Of a stretch of DNA of 64,000 nucleotides, positions 47,582 to 57,318 are shown piece after piece. Positions within the stretch are counted from its first letter, which is position 1. Each line of letters starts with the position of its first letter. The translations under genes and the position numbers were made by a program. The stretch lies in assembly GCA_016188265.1 (NCBI GenBank), contig JACPID010000003.1, forward strand, positions 1 to 64,000, given 5' to 3'. This stretch comes from Candidatus Woesearchaeota archaeon. GTDB lineage: Archaea > Nanobdellota > Nanobdellia > Woesearchaeales > ARS49. The notes under the pieces are model-generated. The model had not been told where the DNA came from. It saw only the letters and a program-made list of their open reading frames with translations, and searched no databases.

Positions 47582-48169
47582 ATGGTTGAAGCAAAAAATT
47601 TTGATCATTTAATTGGAAGATTAAAAGGAATAAGCGACAAGCAATTACAAGCTCATTTTGGATTATATCAAGGTTATGTTAAAAAACTAAATGAAATAAG
47701 AGAAAAACTTGCAAAAACAGACACTTCATTAAGCAATTACTCATTCGGAGATTTTAGCGAACTTAAAAGAAGAGAAGCAGTTGCATTTAATGGAACTTAT
47801 TTGCATGAATTATACTTTGAAAACTTAGAGTTAAAAAAAATACCATCTCAAGAATTAAAAAAAGCAGTTGAAAATGCCTGGGGAAGTTGGGAAAAATTTG
47901 AAGCAGACCTAAAAGGAAGCGCCGCCTCAACACCAGGATGGGTTGTTGTAACGTGGGATTATACTGACAAAAAACTACACACTTACATTTTATTTGAACA
48001 CCACATAGGGCTTCCAGCACACCAATATATTGTACTAGCACTTGACTGCTGGGAACATGCATTTATGATAGATTATGGAACAAACAAAGCTGACTATCTC
48101 AAAGCATTCTTAGAGAATGTAAATTGGGAAGTTGTTAATAAAAGGTTTAAGAACGCATCAAATTGCTAA
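47582..48169 (+). CDS. sod: Fe/Mn superoxide dismutase family protein
   Basis: AHFGLYQGYV, LHELYF and DCWEHAF metal ligands. Confidence 0.9.
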   Translation: MVEAKNFDHLIGRLKGISDKQLQAHFGLYQGYVKKLNEIREKLAKTDTSLSNYSFGDFSELKRREAVAFNGTYLHELYFENLELKKIPSQELKKAVENAWGSWEKFEADLKGSAASTPGWVVVTWDYTDKKLHTYILFEHHIGLPAHQYIVLALDCWEHAFMIDYGTNKADYLKAFLENVNWEVVNKRFKNASNC

Positions 48170-48202
48170 AATTTTAAAAATAACTAAAAACTTTTTAGAA
48201 GA

Positions 48203-49135
48203 ATGTATGATGTTTTAATTGTTGGAGCAGGAGCAGCAGGACTAACTGCGGCAATTTATACTTGTAGAAAAAATTTGAAAACAGCAGTTATCAGCTTGGA
48301 TATTGGTGGACAAACAAATCTTACTAATCATATTGAAAATTACCCCGGAGTTAATGCAATGCCAGGACCTCAATTAATGCAGAAATTTCAAGAAAATGCC
48401 TTAAATTTTGGTGCTGAGATTATTCCTGGAAAAGTAATTCATATAGATAAAAAAGATGATTTATTTGAAGTACAGTTAGCAAATGGTGAGAAAAATCAAA
48501 CAAAAGTTGTAATACTTGCATTTGGAAAAGTTGCAAGAAGCCTAAATATCCCTGGAGAAGAAAAATTCTTTGGCAGAGGAGTAAGCACTTGCGCTACATG
48601 CGATTCTCCGCTTTATAAAAATAAGATTGCTGCAGTTGTTGGCGGGGGAAATTCAGGTGTTGAAGCTGCATTGGAACTAGCAAGTATAGCAAAAAAAGTA
48701 TACTTAATACACAGGCATCAAAAACTAAAAGCAGATGAAATAACTGTGAAAAAAGTTGAGAAACAACCAAATGTAGAAATAATATTAAACAGCCAACCAA
48801 CAGAAATAATTGGAGATAAATTTGTAACAAGCATTATTGTCGAAGATGTTAAAACAAAAGAAAAAAAAGGCTTACACATTGATGGGGTATTTGTAGAAAT
48901 AGGTTATGTAGTTGATACAAGCATGGTTAAACACTTAGCAAAGTTAAATAAAAGAAATGAAATAATTATAACCGACAAATGTGAAACAAGCTGTCCTGGA
49001 TTATTTGCTGCTGGAGATGTTACAACAATGCCATTTAAACAAACAGTTATTTCAGCAGGAGAAGGAGCAAAAGCAGCATTACAGGCATATTATTATTTAA
49101 CAGGAGGAAAAGGTTCTACAATAGACTGGACATAA
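48203..49135 (+). CDS. trxB: Thioredoxin reductase
   Basis: GAGAAG, IENYPG, CATCD, GGGNSG, FAAGD. Confidence 0.95.
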   Translation: MYDVLIVGAGAAGLTAAIYTCRKNLKTAVISLDIGGQTNLTNHIENYPGVNAMPGPQLMQKFQENALNFGAEIIPGKVIHIDKKDDLFEVQLANGEKNQTKVVILAFGKVARSLNIPGEEKFFGRGVSTCATCDSPLYKNKIAAVVGGGNSGVEAALELASIAKKVYLIHRHQKLKADEITVKKVEKQPNVEIILNSQPTEIIGDKFVTSIIVEDVKTKEKKGLHIDGVFVEIGYVVDTSMVKHLAKLNKRNEIIITDKCETSCPGLFAAGDVTTMPFKQTVISAGEGAKAALQAYYYLTGGKGSTIDWT

Positions 49136-49137
49136 TA

Positions 49138-49228
49138 ATAGAAAACGAAATAAATAATAGGGCAATAGTTTCGTTTTCTAAATAGTACGCGCCATAAAGA
49201 GTGTCCTACAAATTATGGCGCGTACTAT
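49138..49228 (+). repeat. Double-hairpin dispersed repeat, family A, copy 4
   Basis: Identical to copy 1; begins 3 nt after the trxB stop. Confidence 0.95.
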
Positions 49229-49268
49229 AAGCAAAAATATAAAAATACTTGAAGATTATTAACACATA

Positions 49269-49730
49269 ATGAATAAAAAGATTTATCAGGCGTATAAGAA
49301 AAAATACACTTCACTGCCTAATTTTGAAGTGCTTGATCATGAATTTGAAATAAGCAGTATTGAGAGTGAATTGTTTGTATTAAGGCAGATTAGAAAAAAA
49401 GCCGGAGAACGCATTGAAGGCTTTATAAAATTCATTGAAGAAATTCTTCAGCCAGAAGGAGCTTCATTTTCTTCTATGTATGAATGTTTGTGTTTTGATG
49501 ACACTGAAAAAAAAGCAATGCTAGATATTTATAAAAAAATGATGATTCTTCACAGAAGCCTAGTATCAGCAGATATTGCACTTGACAATAAGCAAGATGT
49601 TGAAGTAATTAAACTTGTAACTAAAGAATGGCCAGTTCTAAGCAAAAAATTGCTTCCTTATGTGGAAAAGATTAAAAAACACTGGCATGAATTAAGAGAG
49701 ACAAAAGAAATACTAGATTATCTACAATGA
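49269..49730 (+). CDS. Hypothetical protein
   Basis: YKKKYTSLPNFEVLDHEFEI; ATGA overlap with adk. Confidence 0.75.
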   Translation: MNKKIYQAYKKKYTSLPNFEVLDHEFEISSIESELFVLRQIRKKAGERIEGFIKFIEEILQPEGASFSSMYECLCFDDTEKKAMLDIYKKMMILHRSLVSADIALDNKQDVEVIKLVTKEWPVLSKKLLPYVEKIKKHWHELRETKEILDYLQ

Positions 49731-50347
49731 AAATAATACTAATGGGCCTGCAAGGTAGTGGCAAAGGCACTCAAGCAAAAAAAATAAGCAAAAAATATAA
49801 TATTCCACATATTTCCACAGGAGATATGCTTCGAGCAGAAATTGCAAAGAAAACTGCTTTAGGTGAAAGAATTAAATCAATACAACAAGGAGAACTTGTT
49901 CCTGATCCAGTTATTATTGATGTAATAAAAGATCGCATCAATCAATTTGATTGCAAAAATGGGTTTATACTTGACGGCTTTCCAAGAACAATACAGCAAG
50001 CAAAATCACTTGATAAAATTGTAAGTGTTGATTACGTAATTGCTTTAGAAATACAGGATAGTGTTGCTATTGAACGATTAAGTAAAAGAAGCCAGTGTAG
50101 AAAATGCAATTATATTTATGGAGCAAATCAAAGACTAAAAAATAATATTTGTAAGTTCTGCAGTGGAGAAGTTTACACAAGAAAAGACGATTACCCTGAA
50201 GCTATTAAAAGAAGACTTGAAATTTACCACAAAGAAACTGAGATAATACTACGCTATTATGAAAATAAAAATTTACTTTACAGAATTAATGGAGAAAGAA
50301 GTGTAGAAGAAGTATTTGATGATATTACAAGTATATTAAAAAAATAA
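49727..50347 (+). CDS. adk: Adenylate kinase (Zn-lid type)
   Basis: GLQGSGKGTQA, HISTGD, ILDGFPRT, CxxC...CxxC lid, RKDD. Confidence 0.94.
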   Translation: MKIILMGLQGSGKGTQAKKISKKYNIPHISTGDMLRAEIAKKTALGERIKSIQQGELVPDPVIIDVIKDRINQFDCKNGFILDGFPRTIQQAKSLDKIVSVDYVIALEIQDSVAIERLSKRSQCRKCNYIYGANQRLKNNICKFCSGEVYTRKDDYPEAIKRRLEIYHKETEIILRYYENKNLLYRINGERSVEEVFDDITSILKK

Positions 50348-50353
50348 TAGTAA

Positions 50354-51334
50354 CTAAAATAACTGTCTCATATATTCTGTTGCATAACATCCAGGCTCAA
50401 GGATAAATTCAATTGTAAATTTATTTTTTCCCTGAAATTCTTCATCAGGCTCTAGTTTGCTGAGTTTTATTTTTGAAGCATAGGCAAGAATTTTCCTCTC
50501 ACCGCCAATTAAACTAATGACAGGAATTTCTCTTATTACAAAACTTTGAATATTAATATTATCTTTATCAAAAATTAACTGAACTATGCTATTTTGTTGA
50601 GAAGAAAGCTCAGTGCCAAATCCAACTAAAGGAAAAGTTGATTCTATTGTTGGTTTATTTTTTTTTATCCAATCATTAACACATTGATTCCAAACATAAG
50701 ATTGATATGCATTTACTAAAATTAACAATTCATTTTTAGGAATTTTTTGCAAAGTATTAACAAACTGGCCAGGATATTTTTCTAAAAAATCAGTTAATTT
50801 TTGCGAAGTAATGCTATTTTTTTGCTGAATAAGCCTAACTGCTTCCGAAAAGTTCTTCTGAATTAATGCCCTGCCTATCAAATGATTATAGTTTCCAAAT
50901 CTTTGCTCTCCATAATAATTAATAAAACTATCTCTTTTTTCAGGAAGATGAAGAATGTTTCTTACTATTATCTTAAAATAATTACCTTTTAGTTGACCTA
51001 AAAAAACAGGCTCTTCAGATCCGCCTAAAATAAAAATTTTAATATCTTTATGAGAAAATAATTTTAATTTTGAAGCAAATCCAACAGGAACAGAACACAA
51101 TTGTTTTGTTATTGCATGACGGTCTTTTAATCCTGCATAACCAATTAGTTTTATAGGAATTTTAATATTTCGAGAAATAATTTTAATTGCATTAAAGGTT
51201 GTCTGATCTTTTTTTTCAAGCCAAAAAACACAATATTTACCTTCAATTTTAGGAGTTATAACAGGAATTTCTTCAACATAAAAATCAGTTAATTTATGTT
51301 TAATAACATATTTTTCCAATATTGTTTTTAACAT
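50354..51334 (-). CDS. truD: tRNA pseudouridine(13) synthase
   Basis: DFYVEE, AGLKDRHAITKQ, GNYFKI, NYYGEQRFG, GCYAT. Confidence 0.94.
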   Translation of the reverse strand: MLKTILEKYVIKHKLTDFYVEEIPVITPKIEGKYCVFWLEKKDQTTFNAIKIISRNIKIPIKLIGYAGLKDRHAITKQLCSVPVGFASKLKLFSHKDIKIFILGGSEEPVFLGQLKGNYFKIIVRNILHLPEKRDSFINYYGEQRFGNYNHLIGRALIQKNFSEAVRLIQQKNSITSQKLTDFLEKYPGQFVNTLQKIPKNELLILVNAYQSYVWNQCVNDWIKKNKPTIESTFPLVGFGTELSSQQNSIVQLIFDKDNINIQSFVIREIPVISLIGGERKILAYASKIKLSKLEPDEEFQGKNKFTIEFILEPGCYATEYMRQLF

Positions 51335-51398
51335 AAAAAGCTAAACATATATTCTTATTTATAAATGTCTAGAAAGATATTAAAAAGAGTTTAAATTA

Positions 51399-51596
51399 AT
51401 GCTTTTCATGCAATCATCAATTGACCCATATGATTCACAGTATTACTTCAACATAAAAATACCTATAAATGAACACTTGATACCTGCTATAAAAAAAATA
51501 ACAAATTTAGAAGACAAAAAACAACGTAAGGAAAGAAAAAAAGAAATAGAAAAAGAAGCAACAGGTTTAGGAAAAATTCTCGACTTATACATCTAA
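51399..51596 (+). CDS. Small hypothetical protein
   Basis: 65-aa ORF ending GLGKILDLYI. Confidence 0.5.
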   Translation: MLFMQSSIDPYDSQYYFNIKIPINEHLIPAIKKITNLEDKKQRKERKKEIEKEATGLGKILDLYI

Positions 51597-51623
51597 CTTT
51601 GCGTGGTAAAGATAAGTATATGC

Positions 51624-52271
51624 TTAAATTCCCAGCCAAGCAACTAAAATATGGCCTATAAAACCTGCAAAAAGAGGAATTAACAAATTATCATCTATTT
51701 TTGTAACAACAGTCTCTACAAAAGTTGCTGTAAGAGCCATTAAAACAATAGGTATCCAAAGAATATCTCCGTGAGGTAAAATTGAATCAAGCCACCAAAT
51801 ATCAGAACGTAAGAAAATAATTCCTACAACAATATCAATAAAAAATTCAGCTAAAATCCCCTCCAGCGCTTTTCTTTTTCTGTACAACCAAATACTGCCA
51901 AAATATTTTCCAACTATTGCAGCTGACAAATCACCAAAAGTAGTCATAAGAATTGCACTTACAGCAACTCTTAAATCAAAAACAGCTAAACAAATAATTG
52001 CACCTAAAAGAAAAAAAATCTCACCACCCAAACGTTGCTGTTCGCTTTTTCTTTTAAAACGTTTCCAAAAATAAGAAACAACCGGAAGCTTTGCTTTTAA
52101 CTCAATACGAACATATTCAAACTCTATCAATATGATTAACAAAAATGCTAAAGCAAGAAGCGCTATACCACGATTAAATACTTGAGCAAAAAAACCATAA
52201 ATAACTAAAAAAAGTATTGAAAGTAGATGAATTACTTTTCTTCCAACTTCTTGCTGAAAATCCCAAGGCAT
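51624..52271 (-). CDS. CTP-dependent polyprenol/diacylglycerol kinase (SEC59/DGK1/VTE5 family)
   Basis: RKVIH, FGDLSAAIVGK, KALEG, DDNLLIP. Confidence 0.88.
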   Translation of the reverse strand: MPWDFQQEVGRKVIHLLSILFLVIYGFFAQVFNRGIALLALAFLLIILIEFEYVRIELKAKLPVVSYFWKRFKRKSEQQRLGGEIFFLLGAIICLAVFDLRVAVSAILMTTFGDLSAAIVGKYFGSIWLYRKRKALEGILAEFFIDIVVGIIFLRSDIWWLDSILPHGDILWIPIVLMALTATFVETVVTKIDDNLLIPLFAGFIGHILVAWLGI

Positions 52272-52326
52272 TAAATTAAAAACAAAACAATATTATATAA
52301 AAGTATCTCTATACACTAAAATTCAT

Positions 52327-52475
52327 GCGCCTGTAGCTCAGTATGGATAGAGCGGCGGGTTCCTAACCCGAAGATCGGGGGTTCAAAATGGTTTGTGGTT
52401 GATGGTTAGTGGTTTGAGGATTGCAAACTACCCACTACAAACTATAAACCATTGAAAGTCCTCCCAGGCGCGCCA
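52327..52475 (+). tRNA. tRNA-Arg(CCT) with a 71-nt non-canonical intron at T-loop 59/60 (52388-52458) and encoded CCA
   Basis: Acceptor GCGCCTG/CAGGCGC; loop TTCCTAA; splicing restores T-arm GGGGG-TTCAAAT-CCTCC; TTCA/TGAA BHB-like helix. Confidence 0.9.
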
Positions 52476-52502
52476 TTTTGAACAAAATTGAAGAGGTTTT
52501 AA

Positions 52503-53561
52503 ATGAAATACTTATACGCAATATGCAGTTGGGGCTTAGGACATGCAACAAGATCTTTACCAATCATAAACGCATTAATTCAGAAAGGCCATGAAGTAAC
52601 AATTGCAGCAAGCGATCGATCGCTTCAGTTTTTACAACAAGAACTCCCTAACTGTGAATTTATTAACTTTCCAGATTATCCTAAACCATATACAACAACC
52701 CATTTTTTTAGAGCAAAATTTGCAGTTTACCTGCCTGCTATAATAAATTCAATTAATAATGAAAAAAAAAGAGTAGATAAACTAGTTGAAAATAAAAAAT
52801 TTGACAGAATAATAAGCGATCATAGATATGGTTTTTTCCATAAGAATATTCCTTCTTATTTTTTTGGGCATCAATTGAGATTTATAATGCCTAGCAGATC
52901 AAAACTGCTTGAAAAAATAGGTGAAAAATTTAATGCAAACTACCAAAAAAAATTCGAGTATTTCATAATACCTGATTATGAAAAAAAAAATCTAGCCGGC
53001 GACCTATGCCACAATTTAAATTTGTTTGAAAAAGAAAAACTAAAATATGTAGGAATTATCTGCATGGCTGAAAAACAAAAAAAAAGAGAAAAAATAGATT
53101 ACTTTATTTCACTTTCAGGTGTTGAAGGCCAGCGTAAAAGCTTTGAAAACTTAATCATGCCTCAAATAAAAAAATTAGAAGGAAAAATAGTTGTTTCTTT
53201 AGGAAAACCTGAAGAAAAAGGAATAACAAGTAAAGACAATATAACAATTTATCAACACTTATCATCAGAAGAACAAATAAGTATTATGGCAGAAAGTAAA
53301 CTCATTATTGCACGTTCAGGATACACCACAATGATGGAAGTAGCGTCATTAGGCAAAAATGCACTATACATACCGTACAAAGGCCAAACAGAACAAGAAT
53401 ATTTAGCTGAACATCATGAAAAATTAGGCAATTATTATTCAGTAAACCAAAGAGAATTAAATCTTGAAAGGGATATTGGGCTTACAAGTTCTTTTAAAAG
53501 TTTCAGAAGAGATTGTGATATTAAAAAAAATATAAAGAATGTATTAAAAATCGTGACATGA
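52503..53561 (+). CDS. Glycosyltransferase (GT28/MJ1255-like, GT-B)
   Basis: WGLGHATRS, IISDHR, ARSGYTTMME, GQTEQ. Confidence 0.9.
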   Translation: MKYLYAICSWGLGHATRSLPIINALIQKGHEVTIAASDRSLQFLQQELPNCEFINFPDYPKPYTTTHFFRAKFAVYLPAIINSINNEKKRVDKLVENKKFDRIISDHRYGFFHKNIPSYFFGHQLRFIMPSRSKLLEKIGEKFNANYQKKFEYFIIPDYEKKNLAGDLCHNLNLFEKEKLKYVGIICMAEKQKKREKIDYFISLSGVEGQRKSFENLIMPQIKKLEGKIVVSLGKPEEKGITSKDNITIYQHLSSEEQISIMAESKLIIARSGYTTMMEVASLGKNALYIPYKGQTEQEYLAEHHEKLGNYYSVNQRELNLERDIGLTSSFKSFRRDCDIKKNIKNVLKIVT

Positions 53562-54160
53562 ACAATATAACCCGTTACTCACTTACACTATTTTTTCTTT
53601 TTTTAAGTATTTTCATACCTGTTATTTATTACAAGTATAACTCACTTCCCTGGATATTTTGGTTTTGTAATAATGTAAGCATTTTATTGGCGCTAGGTAT
53701 TTTTTTAAAAAATAGAACAATAATAACCGGCGAATTATTGCTTGGAGGAATAGGGCAGTTATTTTGGATTATTGATTTTATTACAAAATACTTTTTTGGC
53801 ATTTACACAACAGGTGTAACTGAATACATGTTTATTCCAAATTATCCGAAAATACTTTTTACAACAGGACTTACGCATTTTGCAATTTTTTTTTTAATGA
53901 TTTGGAGCCTTCACTTATTAGGGGGCCCAGCAAAAGACGGATGGAAAGTAGCTGCAATTCATGGAATACTGATATGGGCTGTTGCATTCTTTGTTTTTAC
54001 AGAACAATATAATTTAAATTGTGCATACAAGAGTTGTGTTTCATTCTTGCCTGAGTATGGCTATAAAATATACTGGCCAATTCTTTACCTATTTGGAGTT
54101 ATAATGCCATTAAATTATTTGCTTAATAAATATTGGAAGCAGAAAAAACATGTTAACTAA
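53558..54160 (+). CDS. Hypothetical membrane protein
   Basis: Multiple TM helices, FWFCN and YNLNC motifs. Confidence 0.75.
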   Translation: MNNITRYSLTLFFLFLSIFIPVIYYKYNSLPWIFWFCNNVSILLALGIFLKNRTIITGELLLGGIGQLFWIIDFITKYFFGIYTTGVTEYMFIPNYPKILFTTGLTHFAIFFLMIWSLHLLGGPAKDGWKVAAIHGILIWAVAFFVFTEQYNLNCAYKSCVSFLPEYGYKIYWPILYLFGVIMPLNYLLNKYWKQKKHVN

Positions 54161-56012
54161 TGAATTTTTTTAATAGCTCAATAATTTTCTGGCCCTGAGC
54201 TTTACCTCTGAGAGATTTCATTGCAATGCCAATTAATGCATTAAATGGCTTGTCTTTGTTTTCTTCAATAATCTTTTTAAGAGTTGCTTTAATTTCTTCA
54301 TCACTTAACATCTTATATCTTGATAAATCAAATGCTTTACCTTGAGCTGTATCAACAATAATTTGAAGTACAGATTCCTTGGTAATTTCAGAGTTATTAA
54401 GCGCTTTAAAAATTTCCTTAAAATAATCTTCAGTAATTAGATCAATATCGCTTCCAGGATAGTTTCTTGCCAATTCAGGTGCAAATGAAACAAGCATCTC
54501 AGCTATAAAAGCTTGTTTAACATTTTTATTTTCTTTGATTAATTCTTCAAATAAGAATACATACTCTGAGCGAGAAATTTTTTCTGCTAAATCCTTGCTT
54601 AAATTAAATTCTTTTTCATATCTTGCTGCTTTTTCTGTTAATAATTCTGGAACTTTAATCTTTTTTGTAAAATCATCAGTTAATTCAGTATCAGGAATAT
54701 CTGTTTCAGGATACATTCTTGCCGCGCCAGGCATTGGCCTTAAATATGAAGTTGTTCCATCTGGATTTGCTTTTCTAACTTCAGAAGGAACTCCCTTCAG
54801 TGCTTCATTTGTTCTTTCAATAACTGCAATTATTGCTTTTTCTGACCTACTTTTTTCATCTGCTACAATAACAAAAGCATCTTTAGCCCCACAATTTAAT
54901 TGTTTTTTTATAAGTTCTACATCTTCAGAAGAAATACCATACTTTGGCAGTTCATCTGAATGAAATAAACCTCCAACACCAGCAATTACTTTTGCTCTAT
55001 CGCTTAATTCAGTGCCAAAACGCCTATTTGGCTGCACTTCTTTTCCAAGAATGCCTGCAAATAAAGGCAGGCAAATCCCTAAAACAACACCTTTTTTTTC
55101 TAAAACAGATTTTATAACTTTAGAATCTGATTTGTCAAATATCTTTGTAAGATCTTCTGCATTTTCTTTGATGTGACGAATACCTGTTTTATGAAGATAA
55201 TTTTTAATTTCGACTAAATTTTGCTGTCTTTGCACTTCAAACTCAACAATTGTTGGAATAAGCTTTAGATCCTGAGCGCCTTTTATTTCTATTCTTGTTC
55301 CTTCTTTTATTGAAACATTAACATCTTGACGAATTGTTCCTAAACCTCGCTTTGCTTTTCCAGTAGAACGAAGAAGCAAGCCAATTGTTTCTGCAACTTC
55401 TCTGGCTTGTTCAGGAGTTATAATATCAGGAGTTGTACTTATCTCAATAAGAGAAATACCTAAACGGTCTAAACGAAAAACAGTAGATTCTTTTGACTCA
55501 CTTATTATTCTAGCAGCATCTTCTTCCAAAATAACAGTTGGAATGCCAACATTGCCTGATTTTGTTTTAAGAACTCCATTTGTTGCAATTAGTGCAGTTC
55601 TTTGAAAACCAGAAGTATTACTTCCATCGACTATTATTTTTCTCATAACTCGAATAACATCAACAAAAACAGCTTTGAGAAGCAGTGCGGTTTGAATCGC
55701 TGTTTTTAATGAATCCTGATTAATAATATAAGGAGGCTGTTCATCAAGCTCAACAAGACAAGTTGTATCATTATAACATTGATAAGAATAAATTTTACCT
55801 TTTTGCATTTCTTGAAGAGCAGCAATATCAATTTCTCCAGTTTCACCAACAGAAGCTCTTAATTTTCTTTGGACTTCAAAATCAGGCTCATCATCACGAA
55901 TCAAGGCAGGACAATTACAAAAAAGTTTAGTATTTTCTATTTGCTGATGAATTTCTAATCCACACTTAAGGCCGAGTTTTTTATAATCCAACTGCATATT
56001 AATCTGTTTCAT
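54153..56012 (-). CDS. gatE: Glu-tRNA(Gln) amidotransferase subunit E
   Basis: GLKCGLEIHQQ, DGSNTSGFQRT, RGLGTIRQD, RPMPGAARMYPETD. Confidence 0.97.
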   Translation of the reverse strand: MKQINMQLDYKKLGLKCGLEIHQQIENTKLFCNCPALIRDDEPDFEVQRKLRASVGETGEIDIAALQEMQKGKIYSYQCYNDTTCLVELDEQPPYIINQDSLKTAIQTALLLKAVFVDVIRVMRKIIVDGSNTSGFQRTALIATNGVLKTKSGNVGIPTVILEEDAARIISESKESTVFRLDRLGISLIEISTTPDIITPEQAREVAETIGLLLRSTGKAKRGLGTIRQDVNVSIKEGTRIEIKGAQDLKLIPTIVEFEVQRQQNLVEIKNYLHKTGIRHIKENAEDLTKIFDKSDSKVIKSVLEKKGVVLGICLPLFAGILGKEVQPNRRFGTELSDRAKVIAGVGGLFHSDELPKYGISSEDVELIKKQLNCGAKDAFVIVADEKSRSEKAIIAVIERTNEALKGVPSEVRKANPDGTTSYLRPMPGAARMYPETDIPDTELTDDFTKKIKVPELLTEKAARYEKEFNLSKDLAEKISRSEYVFLFEELIKENKNVKQAFIAEMLVSFAPELARNYPGSDIDLITEDYFKEIFKALNNSEITKESVLQIIVDTAQGKAFDLSRYKMLSDEEIKATLKKIIEENKDKPFNALIGIAMKSLRGKAQGQKIIELLKKFIS

Positions 56013-57276
56013 AACTTAAACTTTTACTGATTTCCCCTCTGAAATTCTGATTAAATAATCTGCTGGCTTCTTCTTTTTTATAATTGCTTAATAACCATGC
56101 TAGTTTAATAAATGCTGTTTCAGGAATTGTATCAGTATAATTACCTAAAACACCAATCTCAACTAATCTTCTTCCAGGCGTATAAACATTCATGTCAATT
56201 GACCCAAATATTGTTTGAGAACTCATAACAATTAATGTTCCTTCTTTTATCAGATCTTTAATTGTTGAAAATATCTTAGCATGCTCTTTAGTATACTCAT
56301 CAATTTCATTTATCGGTGCATGGCCTAAACCAGTGCCCTCAATAACCAGTCCATCAAATCCTTTGTAAGCTTGAAATTCTGATGCATACATATTAGTATG
56401 AACTTTTACTAAGCCAACTTTTAATTTTTCATTAAATAATCTTAAACTAAAAGAACCTTCAAATTTATCATGCTCTTTATACCATGAAACCTTTTTAGTT
56501 TTATAATCAACATGCGCTATAGGAGATCCATTTATAACTTTAAACGCACTTCTTTTGCTGGTATGCATTTTTCTAGATTTTGCAGCTGGTAAAACAAGTG
56601 CAGTTGTATCGCTTGATTCTTCATGCATGCAAATAGCAACACCCGAATAATTTGTTTGTGTAATAAAAACAACAGCACATAAAAGATTCATAGCTGCATC
56701 AGTACTTGGACGATCGCTACTTCGCTGAGAACCAACTAATATTACTGGAACAGAAATATTTTCTAAAACAAAAGACAGTGCAGCTGCAGTATAATGTAAA
56801 GTATCAGTGCCATGAGTTATAATAATGCCTTTTACACCTTTTTTTATTTCTTCAGCAATTGCTTTTGCTATAATATTGTAATGAGAAAAACGCATATCAT
56901 CTGAAGACATATTTCTAATAAGGCGTGAAGAAATATTTGCCATTGAAAATAGCTCTGGAAACATAACCAGCATATCTTCTGGAGTAAATTTATTATAAAC
57001 CGCGCCAGTTGAGTAATCAACTTTTGAAGCAATTGTTCCGCCAGTGTGCAAAATAGAAATTGTAGGCATATTTTTAAGTTGTTTTAAAACAACTTTTTTT
57101 CTTTCTTTTTCAACATGTTTGGCAAGAACACTTGACTTTTTAATATTTTTTTTATCAAAACCAGCATTATACCCTGTATTTAGCTTAAGAAATACTTTAT
57201 CTTTTTCATCTTGAACAAGAACACCATCATAAGATCCTTTAATTGTTTCTATTATTACATGATCACCAACTTGCAT
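55999..57276 (-). CDS. gatD: Glu-tRNA(Gln) amidotransferase subunit D
   Basis: TGGTIASKVDY, HGTDT, SQRSSDRPS, GTGLGH. Confidence 0.96.
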   Translation of the reverse strand: MQVGDHVIIETIKGSYDGVLVQDEKDKVFLKLNTGYNAGFDKKNIKKSSVLAKHVEKERKKVVLKQLKNMPTISILHTGGTIASKVDYSTGAVYNKFTPEDMLVMFPELFSMANISSRLIRNMSSDDMRFSHYNIIAKAIAEEIKKGVKGIIITHGTDTLHYTAAALSFVLENISVPVILVGSQRSSDRPSTDAAMNLLCAVVFITQTNYSGVAICMHEESSDTTALVLPAAKSRKMHTSKRSAFKVINGSPIAHVDYKTKKVSWYKEHDKFEGSFSLRLFNEKLKVGLVKVHTNMYASEFQAYKGFDGLVIEGTGLGHAPINEIDEYTKEHAKIFSTIKDLIKEGTLIVMSSQTIFGSIDMNVYTPGRRLVEIGVLGNYTDTIPETAFIKLAWLLSNYKKEEASRLFNQNFRGEISKSLSYETD

Positions 57277-57318
57277 ACAAGCAATAAAAGAATTATGTTT
57301 TAAAAATGTTTCCTGCCA

